From NCBI GenBank assembly GCA_964361105.1, contig CAYHZG010000001.1:1-41292 (forward strand): a DNA stretch of 41,292 nt, in the 5' to 3' direction. Under the pieces are notes generated by a model, which had not been told where the DNA came from, made no database searches, and was given only the letters and a program-made list of their open reading frames with translations. This stretch comes from an uncultured Candidatus Saccharibacteria bacterium. GTDB taxonomy: Bacteria > Patescibacteriota > Minisyncoccia > 2-02-FULL-40-12. The position numbers and the translations under genes are program-made. Positions 34,303-41,292 of the stretch are shown in pieces. Every line of letters starts with the position of its first letter. Within the stretch, counting starts at the first letter, position 1.

Positions 34303-35161
34303 ATTGATCAATAATATGTAGAAGTTTCAGTAATATAAATTGAAAAGGATGGTATTTTTTAAAATAGGCCAGAGTGCCCAGATTTGCGTATTTATACATC
34401 ATATCTCTGCCGTGCTGGCTGACAGAAACCGCTCGGTGATGAAGACACCTTGCGCCCGGAACACAATATATCTTAAAACCTTTTTTGTAAATTCTTTGAC
34501 ACAGGTCGCCGTCACAGGGACCAAGAGGGATTTTTGGTTCAATAAGCGGTTCGTCATTCAATGTTTCTCTCCTTAACATAAAAGCACAGAGATGGGTCTT
34601 TTCTACTAAAAACGGCTCTTGAGGGTCTAAGCCATCTTTAATAGTTGAAAAATTATTAAAAAATTTTAAAAAATGCAGACCCAACTTTCTGGTCATAAAA
34701 ATCCGTCCCTCAAATAATTCAGAAAATAAATTAAGATGCTTTTTATAAACATTCTGAAAAGTCAGGTCGGGATTATAGAATTTCGCTGAAACCGCGCCGG
34801 CATCCTGATTTTTGTCCAAAAATTCTTTCAAGTTTCCGATGACATCGGTTAAAAAGGGGGCTCCGGGCGCGGCAAGCATTATGTATTTACCTTGGGCCAT
34901 CGGCACAAATCTGTTTATCGCTGGTATAAACTCGTTCTCCTGATTTTTAAAAAAATGGAAATTGCCAGCTTTGGCGTATTTTTGAACCACTCTATCAAAT
35001 TCAGGGTCATTGGAACCATTATCGCAAACAAAAACTTCGACTGAGGGGCTGGTTGACGTTTGAAATTTCAAAAACACATCAAACCAATCATGTAAAAGCC
35101 AGGTATCTTTCCAGCTTAAAATTATGATGGAAACATCTTTGGAGAAATTATCAAGCATCAT
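34274..35161 (-). CDS. glycosyltransferase family 2 (GT-A fold)
   Basis: VSIIILSWKD..VCDNGSND. The 3' end overlaps the amidotransferase start by 29 nt. Confidence 0.7.
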   Translation of the reverse strand: MMLDNFSKDVSIIILSWKDTWLLHDWFDVFLKFQTSTSPSVEVFVCDNGSNDPEFDRVVQKYAKAGNFHFFKNQENEFIPAINRFVPMAQGKYIMLAAPGAPFLTDVIGNLKEFLDKNQDAGAVSAKFYNPDLTFQNVYKKHLNLFSELFEGRIFMTRKLGLHFLKFFNNFSTIKDGLDPQEPFLVEKTHLCAFMLRRETLNDEPLIEPKIPLGPCDGDLCQRIYKKGFKIYCVPGARCLHHRAVSVSQHGRDMMYKYANLGTLAYFKKYHPFQFILLKLLHIIDQYVQHRRLSK

Positions 35162-36123
35162 CCTAATTTTTCTTCAATAATTTGATGGAGATGAATGATT
35201 CCTACCGGCTTTCCGGCTTTGTCGGTCACGAAAAGAGAAGTAATTTTATATTGTTCCATTAAAGCTGTGGCTTCCTGGAGAGTTTTGTTTTCATCAACTT
35301 TTTTGGGGTTTCTTGTCATGGCGTCCCGAGCCAGAGATTCTTCTGAAAATTTTCCGGATAAAAGAAAACGTCTGACATCGCCGTCGCTGATGACTCCGAC
35401 TAACCTGCCTTGTCTATTGACAACAGCAGTGATTCCAAACTTCTTTTTAGTAATTTCTTCGAGGGCTTTTTTGAAACTAACTTTTTCTTCAACCAAAGGT
35501 ATAGCCGATCCTTTAGCCAAAAGCTCGCTGACTTTGGTTAATTTTAAACCCAAGGTTCCACCCGGATGAAAATCGGCGAAATCTTTTTTGGTAAATCCTC
35601 TTCTGATGCTCAAAGCCACCGCCAATAAATCGCCTAAAACTAAAGTCGCGGTCGTGCTGGCCATTGGTGCTAAGTTAAAAGGCGAGCCCTCTTCTTTTAT
35701 CTTAATATTTAAATTTATGTTAGAAATCCTGGCCAGAGGCGAATTTTTATCACCGACAATAGAAATAACAACCAGGCCGTGCTTTTTTAAATGCCGGGCG
35801 ACTTTTATAAGCTCTCTTGTTTCACCGCTGAAAGAAATCGCCAGCAGCACATCATCATCAGAAACAATCCCTAAATCTCCGTGGAGCGCTTCATTGGGGT
35901 TGAGAAAAATCGAAGGAATACCCAAGCTGGTCATAGTGGCGGCAATTTTCATTCCGACGTGACCTGACTTGCCCACCCCGGATACGACCACCTTGCCGCT
36001 GGCTTTATTGACTAAGTTGACCGCTTTGTCAAAGTCGGAATTTATAACTTTTGAAAGATTTTGGACGGCTAAAATTTCTTTTTTCAAAAGTTCTTTTATT
36101 TTTTTTCTGGCATTGTTAGGCAT
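35158..36123 (-). CDS. kpsF: arabinose-5-phosphate isomerase (KpsF/GutQ/KdsD family; SIS + tandem CBS)
   Basis: SGVGKSGHVGMKIAATMTSLGIPS SIS motif, and two CBS-like repeats at the C-terminus. ATG 36123 is preferred over TTG 36135. Confidence 0.85.
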   Translation of the reverse strand: MPNNARKKIKELLKKEILAVQNLSKVINSDFDKAVNLVNKASGKVVVSGVGKSGHVGMKIAATMTSLGIPSIFLNPNEALHGDLGIVSDDDVLLAISFSGETRELIKVARHLKKHGLVVISIVGDKNSPLARISNINLNIKIKEEGSPFNLAPMASTTATLVLGDLLAVALSIRRGFTKKDFADFHPGGTLGLKLTKVSELLAKGSAIPLVEEKVSFKKALEEITKKKFGITAVVNRQGRLVGVISDGDVRRFLLSGKFSEESLARDAMTRNPKKVDENKTLQEATALMEQYKITSLFVTDKAGKPVGIIHLHQIIEEKLG

Positions 36124-36976
36124 TGAGTGATTCAAGAACTCTAAAAAAATCAGGTCTTAAATGTTTTCTGGATATTTCATTATTCACAAGCTCTTCTGTA
36201 ATAACTCCTTTTTTTAATGCTTCTCTGGCTAAACTAAAAAAAAATCTTTCAATATTTTTGTCGGGGTGGGGCTGATAAGTCATTGGGTATCTACCCAGCA
36301 GACGCAAAAGCGGCTCTCGCGGGAAAATGCCTAAAATTTTCGGAAGCTTCTTTCTGGTAAAATCAATCTTTAATCCGGTTTTCCACGGCTGGGTCAGACG
36401 ATTAGTGGTATGAAGCATTTTAGTATTTTCTTTTAATTCATCCAGACTATTCCAAATTCTCGGGATTTCCAAAATAGTGCCCTGATCTTCGGCATTCAAA
36501 GTCATTAAATCCGAATAGTCAAGCTCTTTGTTCTCTAATTTTTTTAAAATATCATCAATTCGCCAATGCTTTAATCTGACGCAATCCATTAACATCACGC
36601 TTGTATCCCAAGCGCCCTTTTTCCGACAGGCGGCAATCGAGCGACCTTGCATATCAAGACTAAAAAGCTCATTAATGTCGGACAGGTTAAAAATATCAGG
36701 GTCAATAACAATGGCCCGGCCTTGAAAATTCGTCAGTTCCGGCGGCATGAAGCGGCTTAAAGTAAAAGATTGTAAATCATTGGAATCATATTTTACCGCC
36801 CTTCCATCCCTTAAATACTCTTTGCCTCTAAAATTCTTAAAAACTTCAAGCTCATCAACATTTATAAACTCAATAGAAAAAGCGTTTTTATTAATCGAGT
36901 TTTTCTCTAGGGCGTACTTAGCTAAAATCGCCCCAAATAACTGTTTATTATTCGTATGGATGAAAACTTTATTCAT
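36116..36976 (-). CDS. hypothetical protein, GT8-like nucleotide-sugar transferase
   Basis: LSRFMPPEL..GRAIVIDPDIFNLSDINELFSLDMQGRSIAAC..SVMLMDCVRLKHWR follows the GT8 pattern (DxD region plus a downstream NxGV-like block). Confidence 0.45.
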   Translation of the reverse strand: MNKVFIHTNNKQLFGAILAKYALEKNSINKNAFSIEFINVDELEVFKNFRGKEYLRDGRAVKYDSNDLQSFTLSRFMPPELTNFQGRAIVIDPDIFNLSDINELFSLDMQGRSIAACRKKGAWDTSVMLMDCVRLKHWRIDDILKKLENKELDYSDLMTLNAEDQGTILEIPRIWNSLDELKENTKMLHTTNRLTQPWKTGLKIDFTRKKLPKILGIFPREPLLRLLGRYPMTYQPHPDKNIERFFFSLAREALKKGVITEELVNNEISRKHLRPDFFRVLESLNA

Positions 36977-36978
36977 AT

Positions 36979-37992
36979 TTATCCTAATCTTTGGATATTT
37001 TTCTCAGTCCACTTATATAACTTGCTTAATCCATCATCTACCGAAACTTTAGGAGCCCAGCCTAATACTTTTTTAGCTTTAGTCGTATCACAGTAGAAAA
37101 CTTTTTGATCTGCCGGCCGCCAGTCGCTAAATTTTGGCTTTATCTTTAATTTTGAACACAACTCCAAAAGAGAAATTGTATTATTATACCCTCCCCCGAC
37201 TGTAAAAACCTCACTTCGCATGGAAACCGGGCTACTGATAAATTTACTGCCTTCTAAAAGCAATAAATCTATCACATCGCTGACATATAGCATATCCCGA
37301 ACCTGTTTCCCATTTCCAAATATAGTTACTGGTTTATTTTTAAGTTTTTGCATAATAAAATACGAAAGCCATCCCTGATCTACAATGCCATGCTGCCACT
37401 CTCCATACATACAAGAGAATCTATTTACTAAGCCGCCGTATTCTCTTACATATAATTCGCCAGCTAATTTTGAACACCCGTATGGAGTATGATGCGCCGC
37501 ATCAATTGAAAATTCTTCATTTATTCCCTTTCTCCTAAGAGCACCTTTAAAATCGTAACGAGTTTTCATTTCCAATATTGATACCTGATTCACATTATCT
37601 CCATAGGCTTTATTAGTAGAAGAATATATGACGGGGATATTAAATTCCTTTGCAGCTCTAGCTACTCCAAATGTTCCTTCTGCGTTTACTCTAAAATCAC
37701 TAACTGGACTAATTATGCTTGTAGTAACTGCAACTTGAGCCGCAAAGTGATAGATTAAATCTGGTTTAAATTTCATAATATAAGTAGGAATATCGCTTAT
37801 TTCCGCCTGAATATTGTTTAGATTCCCATACTCTTTTTTTAAATCTTCAAAATTCAATTCTGCTCCTCTTCGAGATAAGTTGTCACAGGTAATAACTTCA
37901 GAGCCTATGTCAAGAAGTCTCTTCACTAAATTTGAGCCCAAAAAACCGTAAGCTCCTGTAATAAGAATTTTTTTATTTTTTAGATTTTTCAT
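36979..37992 (-). CDS. NAD-dependent sugar epimerase (CDP-paratose/tyvelose 2-epimerase-like SDR)
   Basis: ITGAYGFLGSNL, SSTNKAYGD and YGCSKLAGELYV. Confidence 0.75.
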   Translation of the reverse strand: MKNLKNKKILITGAYGFLGSNLVKRLLDIGSEVITCDNLSRRGAELNFEDLKKEYGNLNNIQAEISDIPTYIMKFKPDLIYHFAAQVAVTTSIISPVSDFRVNAEGTFGVARAAKEFNIPVIYSSTNKAYGDNVNQVSILEMKTRYDFKGALRRKGINEEFSIDAAHHTPYGCSKLAGELYVREYGGLVNRFSCMYGEWQHGIVDQGWLSYFIMQKLKNKPVTIFGNGKQVRDMLYVSDVIDLLLLEGSKFISSPVSMRSEVFTVGGGYNNTISLLELCSKLKIKPKFSDWRPADQKVFYCDTTKAKKVLGWAPKVSVDDGLSKLYKWTEKNIQRLG

Positions 37993-39095
37993 ATCAACTC
38001 TTCGTATAAATTAAGGAATTTCTGCCCGATGACTGACCAATCGTTTTCAGCTGCGTATTTCATGCCATTTTGTCCAAGTCTAAAAGCCAATTCCCGGTCA
38101 TCCAATAACTTTTCAATTGCTTTTGCTGTTTCAGCCGGATTATCCGGGGACACGATTAAACCGGTTTGGCCATCTAAAACCGCATCGCGAATTCCGCCGG
38201 CATCAGAAGCAATAATCGGTTTTCCGCAAGCCGAAGCTTCTAAATAGACTATCCCAAAGCCCTCAAATTTCCAGTTAACTAATCTTGAAGTATGAACATA
38301 GATATCGCACGCCTGAAAGTATTTTACAAGAATTTCTCCTTTAACTGACCCCATAAAAGAAACATTCTCATCTAAGCCGTTTTTTGAAACCAATCCTTTT
38401 AAAAAATTAAGAAATGTTCCCTCCCCAACTATCAAATAGTGGAAATCGTTTCTCTTCCGCTTCAATACGGCCAAGGACTGGATTACCACATCCTGCCCTT
38501 TTCTCGGCCTTAGCTGACCCACGGTCAAAAGAATTTTTTTGTCTCCAAATTTATTTTTAAATTCACCGACATCATATTTTTTATGAAATCTGGCAAAATT
38601 GACGCCGTTATGAATAATTCTAATCGGAGTTTTTGTTCCGGAATAATTTATGATTGAATCTTTTGTGAATTGGCTAGGCGCGGTTATTACGTTGGCCTGA
38701 TTGTAAGCTTTTTTGACCCAGTATTTTTCAGGCCACATAAAAAGCGGTTTGATTGCGTATGTGCCTTGGGTACCGATGATAAAGGGTTTTTTGTTTTTTT
38801 TTGCGATTTTAGCAGCAAGGAGGGCATAGGGAAATTCAAACAGTGAATGAATTATATCGGCACCGGTTTGATAATTAAACAAAGCATAACTCAAAATCTT
38901 AGGTGTCTTAAAACTGTAAATATAATCAGGCAGTACATACTCTGTCGGATAAACAGTATGGGGGTATTTTGGTTCTTTTTTAGGCAGCAGCAGCTTTATT
39001 TCATGCTCCTTAGTAAGACGAGAACAAAGCTCATGGGTAATATTCCCGTAACCATTCGTAACATCGTTTGTAGAGGAAAAAAGAAGAATTTTCAC
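37989..39095 (-). CDS. glycosyltransferase family 4 (GT-B)
   Basis: EGFGIVYLEASACGKPIIASDAGGIRDAV (EX7E region). GTG start in a GTGA overlap. Confidence 0.85.
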   Translation of the reverse strand: MKILLFSSTNDVTNGYGNITHELCSRLTKEHEIKLLLPKKEPKYPHTVYPTEYVLPDYIYSFKTPKILSYALFNYQTGADIIHSLFEFPYALLAAKIAKKNKKPFIIGTQGTYAIKPLFMWPEKYWVKKAYNQANVITAPSQFTKDSIINYSGTKTPIRIIHNGVNFARFHKKYDVGEFKNKFGDKKILLTVGQLRPRKGQDVVIQSLAVLKRKRNDFHYLIVGEGTFLNFLKGLVSKNGLDENVSFMGSVKGEILVKYFQACDIYVHTSRLVNWKFEGFGIVYLEASACGKPIIASDAGGIRDAVLDGQTGLIVSPDNPAETAKAIEKLLDDRELAFRLGQNGMKYAAENDWSVIGQKFLNLYEELI

Positions 39096-40024
39096 GCAAG
39101 AGATCTAAATTTTTTCTCCAAAAAATACAAATCATTGCGAGGGCTTTCTGCATTGCGGTAGTTGACTTCTATCGTTTCCCGGACACCAGGCTCCAAAAAT
39201 TCGCCGCGCCGATGGAACCCCCCGACATTGACAAAAACCATGGTGTTTCTTTTGACGCTCACGACTTTTTCTTTAAGCTCATGCGCTTTGATTTCGCCTT
39301 CGGTGATTTTTACCCATGGCTCATTGTCTAAATATTCGCCCTGATGATCCGGATTCCAGCGATTAAACGCATAGCGAACGCTCAATTTATACTCCCAAAG
39401 AAGTCGTTTTAAGGAGTTTCTTTTTTGCGAACCAAGGCAGTATTGCAAAGGCCCATTTCTTTCATCGGCGTCGTTCAAGTAGTAAAATCCTTTCAATACT
39501 CGCAAGGGGGCATCAAAATGCAGGTTATTGGTTCCTCCGTTTTTAGGAAGGGCCAATTCGTCTTGATTGCAGTAAATTTTTACCAAATAAGCCTCTAAAC
39601 GCAAGTTATAGTTCCGGTTTAGAAAAGAACGCGGCAATTCTTTCAATATTGGGTTGTTCAAAAAATGCTGCCTCAGAAAATCGGGAACCCTTTTATCATG
39701 AAAGCTCATCCGGTCGACGTGAGGAAAAGGTATTTCGGAGTCATCTCTTCTGAATTCAAGGGATAACCGCCGATATTCTTCTTTTATTTCGTTGTATACG
39801 TCTTCGGGAAAAAAATTCGGAATCACTAAAATTCCATCTCGTTCAAGCGTTTTAAGATATTGAGCGAATTGAGGCTTAATCCGCTTCGGAGCTCGTAAAA
39901 CGCGCCGCAAGTAAAAAAAGAGGGTGCGATAAAACTGCATCCCCAGAACATTCAAAACTACCGATCTTGAATACATTGATGGTTTCAAGTTGAGAAATTT
40001 TACTGCCGCCATTTTCAATATCAT
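39092..40024 (-). CDS. PhyH-like Fe(II)/2-oxoglutarate dioxygenase (candidate)
   Basis: HFDAPL..NGPLQYCLGSQ..GGFHRRGE fits a His-x-Asp...His facial triad with PhyH-like spacing. Confidence 0.5.
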   Translation of the reverse strand: MILKMAAVKFLNLKPSMYSRSVVLNVLGMQFYRTLFFYLRRVLRAPKRIKPQFAQYLKTLERDGILVIPNFFPEDVYNEIKEEYRRLSLEFRRDDSEIPFPHVDRMSFHDKRVPDFLRQHFLNNPILKELPRSFLNRNYNLRLEAYLVKIYCNQDELALPKNGGTNNLHFDAPLRVLKGFYYLNDADERNGPLQYCLGSQKRNSLKRLLWEYKLSVRYAFNRWNPDHQGEYLDNEPWVKITEGEIKAHELKEKVVSVKRNTMVFVNVGGFHRRGEFLEPGVRETIEVNYRNAESPRNDLYFLEKKFRSLA

Positions 40025-40088
40025 AAATGACCGGGATATTGGTTCTTATTTTTACAAATTTTCAACTATAATATACTATATACCAGAA

Positions 40089-40796
40089 ATGAAACTGGCG
40101 GCAAGCCTATTAAATAAAATTATATCCAATATTATGTTCAATAAATTCTATAAAAACGACTATAAATTTAGAAAAGATCTGAAAGATTTTGCCAATAAAA
40201 ACTGGTTCGGAAAAATATTAAAACCTCTTTTTAAAGGCCCGTACGATTTCATAAATCGTTATCTGCCCTATCCCAGAGACTTTCTCTTGAAAAAAATCCC
40301 TAAGAACGGGGTGTGCTGCGAAATCGGGGCTTACGAAGGGGTCTTCTCGGAAAGAATTGAAAAAATCTGCAAACCTCAAAAATTATATTTAATCGACCCC
40401 TGGACAGGCCTAAAAGACAGGACCGAAGAAAAGTATGACCAAAAACATCAAGACAGAAGATACAATATTGTTATGGACAAATTTAGAAATGAAATCTCCG
40501 ACGGAAAAGTAGTAATCATAAGGCAGACATCTGATCAAGCGGCATCAAAATTTAAAGATGAGTTTTTTGATTTCGTCTACATTGACGGAGATCATAGTTA
40601 TCAGCAAGTGAAAAAAGATTTAAATAATTACTATCCAAAAGTAAAAAGGGGGGGATTTCTTGGCGGCGATGACTATCCGATAGAAAGTGTCAAACTGGCA
40701 GTTGAAGAGTTTGCAAAAGGAAAAAGTATTGTCCCTCAATTAAAAAATCAACAGTTTATTTTTAGAAAAACAGACTATATAGATTCAAAACTATAG
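40089..40796 (+). CDS. class I SAM-dependent methyltransferase (Methyltransf_24/CmcI-like)
   Basis: GVCCEIGAYEGVFS motif I and DFVYIDGDHSY. ATG 40089 is preferred because the ORF-track start 39990 overlaps the divergent gene. A perfect TATAAT lies at 40067-40072. Confidence 0.65.
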   Translation: MKLAASLLNKIISNIMFNKFYKNDYKFRKDLKDFANKNWFGKILKPLFKGPYDFINRYLPYPRDFLLKKIPKNGVCCEIGAYEGVFSERIEKICKPQKLYLIDPWTGLKDRTEEKYDQKHQDRRYNIVMDKFRNEISDGKVVIIRQTSDQAASKFKDEFFDFVYIDGDHSYQQVKKDLNNYYPKVKRGGFLGGDDYPIESVKLAVEEFAKGKSIVPQLKNQQFIFRKTDYIDSKL

Positions 40797-41134
40797 ATCG
40801 CCAATCCCTCGTTTTCAAAAACGGCCTTTAAAAATCTGCGGTCATTTAAGCGCCAACCCGGGTCTTTGTTTTTGTCCCAAACAAAGTAATCGATTTTATA
40901 ATCTTTTAATGCTGCCTCAAAAGAACTCTTTTGAACCCGGGTAGCCAGGGCCAAGACCTTGTTAACCTCTTCTTCCGGCAAACGGGTCTCATCTTTTAAT
41001 TTAAGACCTAAAGTTCTACGCCATTTATTAGCCTGAACTGCGTCTCCATATCTATCAATATAACGAACTCCCAAAATTGACCTTTCGTTTCCAATCACAA
41101 AATCTCGGTCAAATTCTTCAAAAAAGTTGTTCAA
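40775..41134 (-). CDS. hypothetical protein (possibly the C-terminal part of a longer protein)
   Basis: 119-aa ORF with a TTG start in a TTGA overlap with the upstream partial ORF. Its 3' end overlaps the convergent methyltransferase gene by 22 nt. Confidence 0.4.
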   Translation of the reverse strand: MNNFFEEFDRDFVIGNERSILGVRYIDRYGDAVQANKWRRTLGLKLKDETRLPEEEVNKVLALATRVQKSSFEAALKDYKIDYFVWDKNKDPGWRLNDRRFLKAVFENEGLAIYSFESI

Positions 41135-41292
41135 AATAAAACGTTCTTCGACTTCGGCATCAGGGATTATAAAAAGATTGGCATAACGAGAATAAAAGAC
41201 ATTATTGGCAGTATATATCGGGAGGAGACTTGAAATCTCTTCATTGGCGTAAACAACCGAATCAAAAGTAGTATTTTCATTAAACCAATCAA
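41131..41292 (-). CDS. hypothetical protein, 5'-truncated by the window edge
   Basis: Open frame from the window edge to TGA 41131-41133 (..NENTTFDSVVYANEEISSLLPIYTANNVFYSRYANLFIIPMPKSKNVLF*). Not listed in the ORF track. Confidence 0.3.

Noticed and set aside
41161-41175. Programmed -1 ribosomal frameshift joining the two right-edge ORFs.
   Set aside because: In the upstream frame the codons read CUU UUU AUA, which does not fit the X XXY YYZ slippery heptamer. A mutation, an assembly error or genuine coupling is more plausible.
1-41292. Looked for CRISPR arrays, tRNA or rRNA genes, transposases or integrases, reverse transcriptase (DGR) and stop-codon reassignment.
   Set aside because: No regularly spaced repeats, cloverleaf-like segments or rRNA-like stretches were seen in the few intergenic gaps. 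No such protein motifs appeared in any frame. TGA clearly terminates well-supported genes (for example 5306-5308 and 254-256), and all genes are intact under the standard code.

Overview
This 41.3-kb window is gene-dense (roughly 95% coding) and is essentially one very large glycan (surface polysaccharide or glycoconjugate) biosynthesis super-cluster. The genome is low-GC and uses the standard code, with TGA as a stop. All function calls come from motifs I recognise in the translations; no database search was possible.

I support about 45 CDS:
- A split ADP-heptose-type pathway: GmhA, a PfkB kinase, two HldC-like nucleotidyltransferase domains and GmhB.
- One canonical GT9 heptosyltransferase and one divergent GT9-like protein.
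- Eight extended-SDR epimerase/dehydratase/reductases.
- Five SAM methyltransferases, including a TylCIII-like sugar C-methyltransferase.
- Two AsnB-type amidotransferases.
- A DegT aminotransferase plus GNAT pair.
- GT2, GT4 and GT8-like transferases.
- A KpsF-type arabinose-5-P isomerase, a PhyH-like dioxygenase and an MsbA/PglK-like ABC exporter.
- An odd minus-strand operon: ThDP enzyme, HAD, cupin, DJ-1/PfpI, SDR, Zn-ADH and methyltransferase, preceded by a GC-rich radical SAM gene.

I saw no rRNA, tRNA, CRISPR array, transposase, integrase or recognisable defence gene.

The observations most worth a second look are:
1. A GIY-YIG (YhbQ-type) ORF bracketed by perfect 19-bp inverted repeats between two SDR genes. 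The repeat core recurs at the 5' end of an asnB-like gene.
2. A compositionally foreign radical SAM gene with its own strong SD and terminator.
3. A promoter, P-loop kinase and terminator cassette that splits the heptose genes.
4. A GmhB fused to an HldC-like domain with a degraded HxGH motif.
5. A clear split between SD-less resident genes and strong-SD, GC-rich genes.

I cannot show that any of these is a genuinely new system. They are leads, not conclusions.
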